Of a stretch of 35,893 bases of DNA, positions 24,250 to 32,791 are shown in pieces. Origin of the DNA: Candidatus Sulfotelmatobacter sp. (GTDB taxonomy: Bacteria; Acidobacteriota; Terriglobia; Terriglobales; Acidobacteriaceae); the NCBI GenBank assembly GCA_049512555.1, contig JBEKWZ010000001.1:1-35893 (forward strand). The letters are read 5' to 3'. A program made the position numbers and the translations under genes. Under the pieces are notes generated by a model. That model saw only the letters and a program-made list of their open reading frames with translations, was not told where the DNA came from and did no database searches. Position 1 is the stretch's first letter. Each line of letters starts with the position of its first letter.

Positions 24250-25461
24250 ATGAGCACGGCTGCCGAACCGAATCAGGGGAGCATACCGGAGATGGCCCCG
24301 CCGTCTTCGATCTCATCGTCCGATAGGCTGCTCAGCAGGATCGCGATTCTACTCTTCATATTGGTCGCGGGTTTGCTGACGGTGTTCGGCTACTACGCCA
24401 GCTCGATTTGCATCACGGTTGTTCTGGCGGGATTTCTTGCGATCCTGTTTGATCCCCTGGTGGTGCAACTGGAAAGACTGCATATTCCGCGAAGTCTGGC
24501 CGCGGCAAGTATTGTGCTCGCAGGCATCGGGCTGATCGGCCTGCTGGGTTACGCGCTCTATGGAAGAGCGATGAGCTTTGCAGAAGAACTTCCAGTCTAC
24601 GCTTCGACGATTCAGCAAACCATTGCGCCTATTAGCCGGAGAATTCAAAACTTTCAACAAAGTGCGGGAAGCCTTACGAACGACGTCCATCCCACGAAGA
24701 AAGTCCCCGAGGTTCGGCTACAGGAATCGCCATCTTGGCCTGATTATTTGGTGCGTGGTGTCGGATCTGTGTGGGGAGCGCTGATTATTGCCGGCGTGGT
24801 TCCATTTCTAACGTTTTTTATGCTGTGCACGAACGATCAAATGGCGATCCGGATCGATGGCCTCTTCGATACCAAGATAGACGCAGCTCGATTCATCAGG
24901 AACGTAAACCAGATGGTTCGCGGCTTTGTAGCCGGAAACCTTATCGTCGGTTCCGTGATGGCCTTGGCGACCACGCTGGTGTTGTGGGGAGTTGGCATGA
25001 GAGGTGCAATACCCCTCGGGATCGCCAGCGGGCTCTTGAATCTGCTGCCATTCATTGGACTGATCGCTTCGCTTGCTCTACCTTTAGCAGCGGCGCTCCT
25101 TCAGTTCAACACACCGGGACCATATATTGTCATCACTCTGACCATTCTCTTCCTGCATGTCGTGTCAGCGAATCTTCTTATTCCGAAATTTATTGCCAAT
25201 CGCTTGAGTATTGGACCGGTGGCGGCGACGGTTGGGATTCTCTTCTGGGGCTGGTTATGGGGTGTGATGGGCTTGCTGCTCGCCGTACCGCTGACCGCCT
25301 TTATCAAGCTGGTCGCGGATTTACATCCGTCCTTATGTCACTTGTCCAACATGCTGGCTGTTACGCCACGTCCGACTCCGCGCTGGGTACGCTACAGCGA
25401 AACGGCTTTGGAACGGGCAATTCCTTACTTGCGCCCCCCATCCGGAAAAAGGTCCGGTTAG
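24250..25461 (+). CDS. AI-2E family transporter (PerM/UPF0118)
   Basis: About 8 TM helices. Family-typical motifs are GLLNLLPFIGLIAS and ILFWGWLWGVMGLLLAVPLTAFIK. The start is uncertain: the ATG at 24250 is preferred over the Arg-rich extension from 24088. Confidence 0.85.
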   Translation: MSTAAEPNQGSIPEMAPPSSISSSDRLLSRIAILLFILVAGLLTVFGYYASSICITVVLAGFLAILFDPLVVQLERLHIPRSLAAASIVLAGIGLIGLLGYALYGRAMSFAEELPVYASTIQQTIAPISRRIQNFQQSAGSLTNDVHPTKKVPEVRLQESPSWPDYLVRGVGSVWGALIIAGVVPFLTFFMLCTNDQMAIRIDGLFDTKIDAARFIRNVNQMVRGFVAGNLIVGSVMALATTLVLWGVGMRGAIPLGIASGLLNLLPFIGLIASLALPLAAALLQFNTPGPYIVITLTILFLHVVSANLLIPKFIANRLSIGPVAATVGILFWGWLWGVMGLLLAVPLTAFIKLVADLHPSLCHLSNMLAVTPRPTPRWVRYSETALERAIPYLRPPSGKRSG

Positions 25462-25566
25462 GATTCCAGCCTTAGGGAGCAAAAGCCGATGCTTCGAAAT
25501 GTGTGCAACTTTGACCAGCCTTAGCCGGCCCGCATCGTCGATCATCGTGGCGGGTGGAGTTCAAAG

Positions 25567-25971
25567 ATGTTCCATTACCCCGGATCCAAAACGATTCTGT
25601 GCATCGACGACGACGACGGCATGCTGCGTTACCAAAAGGCGCTATTCGAAAGACGTGGATTTAAGGTGCTAACCGCCTCCTCCGCCCGACAAGGCATAAG
25701 AATTGCGGCAGCCTGCACGGTTGCTGCCGTGGTCGTGGACTACCACATGCCTGAGATGAATGGTCATGAGGTTGCGCTCGAAATAAAACGCGTCAACCCA
25801 CAAATACCGATAGTGTTGTTTTCCAGTGACGACGCGATTCCAGAACCCGCATTGAATGTCGTGGATGCTTTCGTTTCCAAGAATGAAGCGCCCCAGTACT
25901 TGTTGCCGGTGATCACTCGAATCTGCGGTGAAAATCCTTCCGGTTTTCAAGAAACCAGTATCACGGCGTGA
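25567..25971 (+). CDS. Single-domain CheY-like response regulator (receiver only)
   Basis: LCIDDDDG, AVVVDYHMPEMNG (phospho-Asp), PIVLFSS, FVSKN. It is a paralogue of the 15770-16159 product. Confidence 0.9.
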   Translation: MFHYPGSKTILCIDDDDGMLRYQKALFERRGFKVLTASSARQGIRIAAACTVAAVVVDYHMPEMNGHEVALEIKRVNPQIPIVLFSSDDAIPEPALNVVDAFVSKNEAPQYLLPVITRICGENPSGFQETSITA

Positions 25972-26241
25972 GCTTGGCCGAATTGGAGGTTAGCTCGGAT
26001 GGGAACTCCTCGTTCGACGGGTTGGAATATTCGTCGACGCCACCGTCGTCATCCGCAGGCGAAGGACCAATCTTCGGGGCGACAGCGAGCAGAAACTCTT
26101 TGCCTGAGACTCGGACTCCTATTTACGGATTAGTGTGTATTAAGAAGCAGCGTATCCTATCGTCAAGAGGTTTGGCCCATGAGCGAGAATTCCATGCAGC
26201 AGGACAGATTTCAGCCACGACCGGAAAGGTGCGAGGTTGCT

Positions 26242-27894
26242 TCATGCGAGGGTCAGGGTGAGCTTGACCACGCTCGCTGGAGGGAAGCGGAATACAGGTG
26301 TATCTCCCTTTATCTCCATTGGCGCAGTCCTCGGTTCGATCGCCTGGCGCTGCTCGAAAGTGTTGCGCGCATGAATGTCTGAGGAAGTGAGAACGGTTGC
26401 GCTGCCACTCCTGACGTGTGCTCCGGGCAACGAAATCTGAGCCTCAAGCGCATCCTTCACATTTGGATTTACCGCCGTTATGACCAGTTCCTTCCCGTGG
26501 AGAGAGGCGGAGCCTTGCAATCCCCAGAAGCTCGTGGTCTGACCGTCTCGGTCGTAGTGGAGCGCAGGCACCGAAAATTCTGTTCTGAGACTCGTTCCTC
26601 CCTGATGCGCCGCATACATCGCGAATACATGCCCTACGGGAGTGACACAGAAGCGATCTTCATGAGCGAGGTAAAGGCTGTTCAAGCAGTTAACCAACTG
26701 AGCGCAGCACCCGATGCCTACTTTCTCAGGATGTCGGTTGAATGTGTCGAGGGTCATGCCGCTAAAAACCGCGTCCCGCAGCGTTGGCAACTGCTCAATT
26801 TGATCTCCCGGAGTGAGTTCGCTGCCCGGCCGGTACCACGGTCCCCACTCATCCACCACCAACTTCATGTGATGCTCGGGATCAAGCTCCGCCATCACCT
26901 GCCAGTGACCTTTGATAAGGGATTCCATCGCATCGCCTTGCCGCAGCAATTCGTACCAGTCGAGAACATCAAAGTTGATAGCGTCGCCCTTGCCCTTGTC
27001 CCAGTCTGTGGTCTTTCCGCGGCTCAGGTTCCAGGCGTAGTAGTGCAATGCCAGTCCGTAGATGTGTTGAATCTCAGACTTCCCCTTGCGCACAACTTCT
27101 TCCAGGAATCCTCTGGTCCAGTCATAGTTATTGTCATTGGGGCCAGAGGCAACAAAGGAAAGATCTGCGCCAGGGTACGACGGTGCCCAGGCCGTGAATC
27201 TGCGGTATTCCACTGCATACTCCTGAGCAGTAAAGTTTCCTCCGCAGCCCCAGGATTCATTGCCCACTCCCCAGTAGTGGACGTTGAACGGATCTTTGAA
27301 GCCCGCGGCAGTTCGCTCGTCCGCCAGCGTGGTGCTGCCGGCAGGAGAGTTGCAGTACTCGATCCACCGGTCAAACTGTTCGGCTGGAAGGCTACGCAGG
27401 TTGGCCGCGAGATAGGGCTGCGCGCCAATCAACCTGCAGAATTGAACAAACTCATTCGTCCCAAAGCGATTCGGATCGTAGCGATGTGCGTTAGGAGATC
27501 CGGGCGACTCCCCTCCGTTCCAGAAGTTTGTGCGGCGCGGGCGTTTCTCGACGGGCCCAATTCCGTCGCGCCAATCGTAGCTGTCTGCGAAACAGCCGCC
27601 GGGAAATCGCACAATCGGCGGATGGATCTTTCGCATTTCCTCGACGAGGTCTTTGCGGATTCCGCCCAGATTAGGGACTTTTGAATTCTCGCCAACCCAT
27701 ATTCCATCGTAAATCACACCGCTCAGATTCTCCGCGAAGTGACCGTAGATGTTCGGCGAGATCGTGCCCAGAGGCTCGTTGAGAAGGACTTCAATCCCTG
27801 CCCCGGTCGATTGCGTAAATGCTGCAGGTGCGGCCCTGAACAAGAGTGCCCCCGCTGTTGCTGCAGCATTGCGAATAAATTCCCTTCGTCTCAT
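26242..27894 (-). CDS. abfA: GH51 alpha-L-arabinofuranosidase with Tat signal
   Basis: MRRREFIRNAAATAGALLF is a twin-arginine signal. Also present are SPNIYGHFAENLSGVIYDGIWVG, YWGVGNESWGCGG (acid/base Glu context) and LVVDEWGPWY (nucleophile Glu context). The start could alternatively be 27921 or 27906. Confidence 0.88.
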   Translation of the reverse strand: MRRREFIRNAAATAGALLFRAAPAAFTQSTGAGIEVLLNEPLGTISPNIYGHFAENLSGVIYDGIWVGENSKVPNLGGIRKDLVEEMRKIHPPIVRFPGGCFADSYDWRDGIGPVEKRPRRTNFWNGGESPGSPNAHRYDPNRFGTNEFVQFCRLIGAQPYLAANLRSLPAEQFDRWIEYCNSPAGSTTLADERTAAGFKDPFNVHYWGVGNESWGCGGNFTAQEYAVEYRRFTAWAPSYPGADLSFVASGPNDNNYDWTRGFLEEVVRKGKSEIQHIYGLALHYYAWNLSRGKTTDWDKGKGDAINFDVLDWYELLRQGDAMESLIKGHWQVMAELDPEHHMKLVVDEWGPWYRPGSELTPGDQIEQLPTLRDAVFSGMTLDTFNRHPEKVGIGCCAQLVNCLNSLYLAHEDRFCVTPVGHVFAMYAAHQGGTSLRTEFSVPALHYDRDGQTTSFWGLQGSASLHGKELVITAVNPNVKDALEAQISLPGAHVRSGSATVLTSSDIHARNTFEQRQAIEPRTAPMEIKGDTPVFRFPPASVVKLTLTLA

Positions 27895-27902
27895 GTGGCG
27901 CT

Positions 27903-27932
27903 CCATGCCTGGTCGACCCATGCCTGGTCGAC
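27903..27932. repeat. Perfect 15-bp tandem duplication (CCATGCCTGGTCGAC x2)
   Basis: Read directly: 27903-27917 and 27918-27932 are identical. On the minus strand each unit carries an ATG in frame with the GH51 gene. Confidence 0.95.
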
Positions 27933-28032
27933 CACCAGAATAAATGTTCTGCGGCTCGCCGGATAGGTACGCGGAACGATAGTAAATGTCAGTTGACGAA
28001 GAACCCTACTTACAACAACGATGTCTAGCGTC

Positions 28033-28053
28033 GGAGAAGCGCGCACCTTCTCC
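28033..28053 (-). terminator. Hairpin downstream of the dynamin-like operon (weak terminator candidate)
   Basis: GGAGAAG-CGCGCAC-CTTCTCC, a 7-bp stem with a 7-nt loop, about 210 nt downstream of the 28263 stop. The T-tract is on the plus-strand side only. Confidence 0.3.
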
Positions 28054-28262
28054 TTTCAGGGGAGCAGAGTCTTGCAGAACGAATCTTGATCCACTTCTCT
28101 TTCCAGCGGATCGTTGAGGCGGTTCGATTCAGTGACCAACCGCTTCAGAAAGTTCATATCATGGCTGGGGAGTACTCGAGCTCTGATTTCCGTCGAGCGC
28201 CGCCAATGGCCACCCATCGTTCCAGACAAGCGTAGAAATCTGCAGGACGGTTTGTGTTTCTG

Positions 28263-30038
28263 CTAGACGCAACTACGGAGCTCCACTACCTGACCTTCCA
28301 AGGTAGCTATTCTCTCCCGTGCAGCATCGACCGCCGCGGCTCCCTCGTGCCGTATTCGTCTGGCATTCCTGAGGGCCTGTTCCGCCACGCGACTGACCTC
28401 ATGCAGGAGTTTGCGAATCTCAACCTCCAGATGCCCATGGCTCTCTTGAATGCGGCTCAGGATGTCGCTCTGTACGCGCGTGCTGTTGACTTCGAGCAGT
28501 GTGACTAGGAATTCTCGTACGTCGTTCTTAATCAAGAACAGAGCACCGATGAAACTCAGGAAGACGTCAGCCAGCCACCGCAGAGGTGAGACAGGCTGCG
28601 CAACCTGGATGAAATCGGCGAAAGTGAAGGTCGAAGGAACACGAAAGCCGACTTCCGGGTCGAGCGCGTGCGGCATGCGCGCGAGCTCGGGAACACCTCC
28701 CTCAGCAAGCTTCTTCAGGAAATTATTACCGATCTCAACGAACCGAGGTGAGACTCTGCGGTACTGCTGCTCCGCTTCCTCCTGCTCGGGTCTCAACCAC
28801 GGAGTCACATAACGTTTGGCGATCTCTTGGGCCTGCTTCATCAGTCGGCGACGATAGCGAGGGCCGAGCGCATAGGGGCAGGACGAAATTGCTTCTTCAA
28901 GCTCCGTCCTCGCTCCCGGCAATGCTCTTGCGAGAAATGCCTTATGCCGATCGACAAACATATCGGAAATGTGTCGCTGCTCCGCCATGAATAGAAACCT
29001 CAGTTCTCGCATCGATCGTTCAGCTTCTGCGATCGTCATCTTCATGGTCGCAATTCGCCGCTCCGACTCCTCAATGGGCCGCAGCAGTGCTTCCCGCTCT
29101 TCACCTATCACTGCCAGCAGTTGCTCGCTGAGTCGTCCGATCCCCCGCTCACAGGCCGAATAGATCAGCCTCCGCCCAGATTGCTCAAGCAGCCCGTCAA
29201 GAACACTAACCAGCTTTTGCCAATCACGTTCTGGCCCATGATTATCGATTCGTTCCGTCGCACTCACCTCTAAAATCAGCCCGAGGCCTCGCTGCAGTTT
29301 CTTCCGCACTTGACGGTCCGTGAAATCCATGGCAGCGATCTTTTCTTCAGGGGTTGTCCGATCTGCCTTGTTAAGAACCAGAACAATATCCTGGACGTGC
29401 TGCGCTACGGCTTCGACGAGGTCGAGCTCTTCTCCAGCCAGCGGTGGATCGGCACCGATCACGACCATGGCCGCATCGATATGGGGTATGAATGCATGCG
29501 TTGCCGCCGTATTGCCGGTGAATACTGAGCCGAGGCCGGGAGTATCGACGAAGCACATCCCGCCCGCCAATAGGGGGCTCGGCATAAAAACCTCTACGCC
29601 CCGAATTCCCTTCGAGTTCTCAGGGTTATTCTCTTCCGATACGTACTGATTGAGATCGCAGACGGACACGTCTTGCCAGGAACCATTTGCCGCTTGTATT
29701 CGCGCCTTTCTCTGATCCCCGAACCTTATTACGGTCGGAACTGCGGTCACCGGAGTGAAGCCAACGGGAAGGACAGCGTCGCCAATCAGAGCGTTGATCA
29801 GCGTGGACTTGCCGCGTTTGAATTGACCAACACACGCGACATAGAAACGGCCCTCGGCGATCCGGTTAGCTAGATCCCTCGCCTCCTCAGCGATTCGACT
29901 CGAACCTAATTCCTCGGCAAGTTCGGCGAGACAACGAAGCCTCGAGGCACCGTCAACGTCACTCGTCACAGTAGGTACCGACGGGGGATATTCTTGGGCG
30001 CTAACCGCCATTGACGAATTGTCTTCTCTCTTCGTCAT
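28263..30038 (-). CDS. Bacterial dynamin-like GTPase (DLP-2)
   Basis: G1 GQFKRGKST (aa 71-79), G3 FVDTPGLGSV, G4 VLNKADRT. A long helical stalk follows, with a hydrophobic segment WLADVFLSFIGALFLI near the C-terminus. The ATG lies 6 nt after the stop of the DUF190 gene. Confidence 0.88.
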   Translation of the reverse strand: MTKREDNSSMAVSAQEYPPSVPTVTSDVDGASRLRCLAELAEELGSSRIAEEARDLANRIAEGRFYVACVGQFKRGKSTLINALIGDAVLPVGFTPVTAVPTVIRFGDQRKARIQAANGSWQDVSVCDLNQYVSEENNPENSKGIRGVEVFMPSPLLAGGMCFVDTPGLGSVFTGNTAATHAFIPHIDAAMVVIGADPPLAGEELDLVEAVAQHVQDIVLVLNKADRTTPEEKIAAMDFTDRQVRKKLQRGLGLILEVSATERIDNHGPERDWQKLVSVLDGLLEQSGRRLIYSACERGIGRLSEQLLAVIGEEREALLRPIEESERRIATMKMTIAEAERSMRELRFLFMAEQRHISDMFVDRHKAFLARALPGARTELEEAISSCPYALGPRYRRRLMKQAQEIAKRYVTPWLRPEQEEAEQQYRRVSPRFVEIGNNFLKKLAEGGVPELARMPHALDPEVGFRVPSTFTFADFIQVAQPVSPLRWLADVFLSFIGALFLIKNDVREFLVTLLEVNSTRVQSDILSRIQESHGHLEVEIRKLLHEVSRVAEQALRNARRIRHEGAAAVDAARERIATLEGQVVELRSCV

Positions 30039-30044
30039 GACCGA

Positions 30045-30395
30045 TCATGCGGAAGAACGAGTGCCCTCTTGATGCACGTACTTAATCACTTCCACATCGG
30101 ACATGGCGATCAAGCCCTCGTCCACCATCAAATCCAGGGCGGGCAACAGCTTGTTGATCTTTTCGTGAGTGTCCACGACCGAAACCATGATTGGCCGGTC
30201 GGAGGACTTGAGGAGGTGAGCACGGTGAATCAGCGTGCTAGCTCCGTATCCTTCAATTCCGCGGTAGACCGTCGCTCCCGCGAGATCCAGTTCTCGGCAT
30301 TTCTCGACGATCGCCTCGTAAAGAGGCTTGCCATGCCACTTGTCGTCTTCTCCGAAATGAATGCGAAGCATTTTGGCCTTGCCTTCGAGTTTCAT
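30045..30395 (-). CDS. DUF190 (UPF0166, PII-like fold) protein
   Basis: 116 aa. MLRIHFGEDDKWHGKPLYEAIVEKCRELDLAGATVYRGIEGYG...MVSVVDTHEKI matches the DUF190 pattern (two beta-alpha-beta halves). AGGAG lies 9 nt upstream of the ATG. Confidence 0.8.
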   Translation of the reverse strand: MKLEGKAKMLRIHFGEDDKWHGKPLYEAIVEKCRELDLAGATVYRGIEGYGASTLIHRAHLLKSSDRPIMVSVVDTHEKINKLLPALDLMVDEGLIAMSDVEVIKYVHQEGTRSSA

Positions 30396-30493
30396 GCCCG
30401 TGTCTCCTGACGGCGTTCCGTGGTTTCGTAATCGTGGCTGTCTATTCCTTTCTCTATCGCAGATTGTCTCCTCGTCGCACTTCGGCGACTTTC

Positions 30494-32545
30494 TTAGGAC
30501 GCTGCTTCTATAACTTCGCGTTCTCTCTGCAAGGCGCCGAGACTCTTGCGGATCGCCTGTTCTTGTTCGCTCGACAGCTCGTGAGGACCGGCCAATCGCT
30601 CCAACTGGGCGCGATAGCCATTCGCGTAGGCATCGAATCGGCGTCGAATCTGACTGATCATCCTATCGCCCCAAGCCTCGACGAGTTGCCGATATGCGTG
30701 GAGGGCCCGCACAATATGTGGCCCTACTGATCTCGCCAGCTTCCTGGCGGTCCACTTCTTGGCGAAGCCTTGTCCCAGGAGGAAGGCCATCCTCGGACGA
30801 TTAACGATCAAAGTCACTGTTCCGAAATCGAGTACTGGCATTTCACGCAGAAAACTGGAAAACTCGCCATCGCCCGGCATGTCGGCCTGCTTCAGTACCT
30901 CTGCGGCTGATCGCAAACTCTGGTGAAGTTCGCTCCCAAGAGCCGCGAGAATGTCCCGCAGCTGAGCGCTTTTCTCTTGAACGGTTGCGTTCACCGTATC
31001 GAGAACAACCCGTTGCGCGTCGATTTCCTGGCCGCCACGTTTCCAAGACTCCACCAAAGCGGCCGCGGCTTTCCATAGGGCTGGTGAACCAAGGTCGGCG
31101 ATTTCACTCCCAATCCGCCTCAGGCTTGAGTTGGCCTCCTGCAGTTTCCCGCTGGCCTGTCGGAGCCTGGCCTCGACACTACGAATCTGCTCTTCATCTA
31201 TTTCGGGATTCTCTCTCTTCGGCCGCAACCGCACTTTGAGAGCAGCCTCCACCGATTGCTGCAAAGCTCCAACCTTCCGCCGGATCGAACGTACCTTCAA
31301 TTCCTGCCGCCGGTTGTAAAGCGGGCCAATATCGTTCTCAAACCAATCGTTCAATAGATTCCTTGCGCTCGGCACCGCACTGACAGGGTGTACCTGTATC
31401 TCCAGGTTGAGTTCCGAACGGATGTGATCCTTCACATACTCGATCACTTGGCCACGATCTTCGGCAGACAGGAGATCAGCTTTGCTCAACAAAACGTTCG
31501 CTGGAATACCGGCCTCATACAGAGTTTGCACAGTCCTCAGGTCATCAGGCGTGAGCGTGGAACCCGCGTCAATGAGCACGACGCCTAGATCGCAGCGGGG
31601 CAGATAAGCCAGTGTCTCCGCCGCCCCACGAGTCGCCAACGACCCTAGCCCTGGAGTGTCCACAAAGGCTATTCCATCTCGCAATCGGGGTGCTGACATT
31701 TGCAGGACGACCCGAGTGACGTGTTTTTCATTGCCCGGATTGCCCTGCTCTGCGACAAACTCCGCCAACCGCGAAATCTCAAACTGTTCGGGCGCGCGAT
31801 TCGCACACCAAACGTTGACAGCCGCAGTCTCGCCATAAACGATTCGCGTGGGAACGGCTGTAATCGGAACAACGCCAACTGGCAGCACATCGGTTCCGAG
31901 GGTTGCATTCAGGAGTGAGGACTTGCCGGAGCTCACTCGCCCGAAGATGGCAATTTCGAAACTCTTGTCCTCAAGCCGGTCGAGAATCATGGAGAGGATC
32001 GACCGGAATTCCACCAATCCCTGATCGGTGATGATAGCTTCAAGTCTCCTGAGCAGAGCTACCTCGTCTCCAGCTTGCTCCAACCGGAGCAGGCGATCTT
32101 GCAGATTCTCGCCTGCTCCGCGTGTGATGTACTGATCCAACTGATTGCTAAGGCTGAGTAGTTCGGCGGCAATCCCATTGAGCTCGATGGCCGCCGCAGG
32201 TGGGATCTCTCCATAGCCGCGCATGTATTTCGGCTGCAACTCCTCAGCGGCAATCGCAACAAATGTCAGAACCGTATGAAGCGATCGGCTGACTGGAATG
32301 GAAGCTCCGGGACGTTCGATGCCCTGGCCGTCGAGAACGCGAATTAACTGAGCTCGGATGCGGGCAATATGGTCTTCGATCACTCGTCTTTGCGCTGGTG
32401 TGATGTCGAGCAAGTACTCGGGAAATGCCTTCTTGGAGTCAGACACGCGGAGCGCGCTCTCCATATCACCCAGGAGTTTATCGATGTGCCGACAAGTTAC
32501 CGACAGGCGCCGAGCGTGGTTCGAGTTGAGAGACTCCTCCGGCAT
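30494..32545 (-). CDS. Bacterial dynamin-like GTPase (DLP-1) with ~200-aa N-terminal helical extension
   Basis: G1 GRVSSGKSS, G3 FVDTPGLGSL, G4 LLSKADLL, followed by a long helical C-terminal stalk. The ATG at 32545 (GGAG 5 nt upstream) is preferred over the GTG at 32560. Confidence 0.88.
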   Translation of the reverse strand: MPEESLNSNHARRLSVTCRHIDKLLGDMESALRVSDSKKAFPEYLLDITPAQRRVIEDHIARIRAQLIRVLDGQGIERPGASIPVSRSLHTVLTFVAIAAEELQPKYMRGYGEIPPAAAIELNGIAAELLSLSNQLDQYITRGAGENLQDRLLRLEQAGDEVALLRRLEAIITDQGLVEFRSILSMILDRLEDKSFEIAIFGRVSSGKSSLLNATLGTDVLPVGVVPITAVPTRIVYGETAAVNVWCANRAPEQFEISRLAEFVAEQGNPGNEKHVTRVVLQMSAPRLRDGIAFVDTPGLGSLATRGAAETLAYLPRCDLGVVLIDAGSTLTPDDLRTVQTLYEAGIPANVLLSKADLLSAEDRGQVIEYVKDHIRSELNLEIQVHPVSAVPSARNLLNDWFENDIGPLYNRRQELKVRSIRRKVGALQQSVEAALKVRLRPKRENPEIDEEQIRSVEARLRQASGKLQEANSSLRRIGSEIADLGSPALWKAAAALVESWKRGGQEIDAQRVVLDTVNATVQEKSAQLRDILAALGSELHQSLRSAAEVLKQADMPGDGEFSSFLREMPVLDFGTVTLIVNRPRMAFLLGQGFAKKWTARKLARSVGPHIVRALHAYRQLVEAWGDRMISQIRRRFDAYANGYRAQLERLAGPHELSSEQEQAIRKSLGALQREREVIEAAS

Positions 32546-32791
32546 AAAGCTCCAGCGCACGCAGAGACACGCATCCCGCGCCTAAATTTGTACTCAGCTA
32601 TTTCAGGAATCTCTTGGGATCAGAAGATGGAGGGGAAAACGCTGAACAATTAGCCCCTACCAAGAGAATTCCTTCTTCTTCGTAGGAGTCATCTGCCCAG
32701 TGCGGGCGGTTAAAGGTGAACTCCAACACCCAGTGAAATTATGACAACCCAGGAAGGCGAAGTCAATGGTCGCCCCGGACCGTAGCGAAGA

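Noticed and set aside
26416-27684. 422-aa plus-strand ORF
   Set aside because: It is a shadow ORF antisense to the well-supported GH51 arabinofuranosidase gene. It contains no recognisable motifs.
28263-32545. Calling the DLP pair an Eleos (LeoA/LeoBC) defence system or an IniA/IniC homologue
   Set aside because: Only the generic dynamin G motifs can be recognised by eye. Family-level assignment needs profile searches that I cannot run. The embedded DUF190 gene is not part of either described system.
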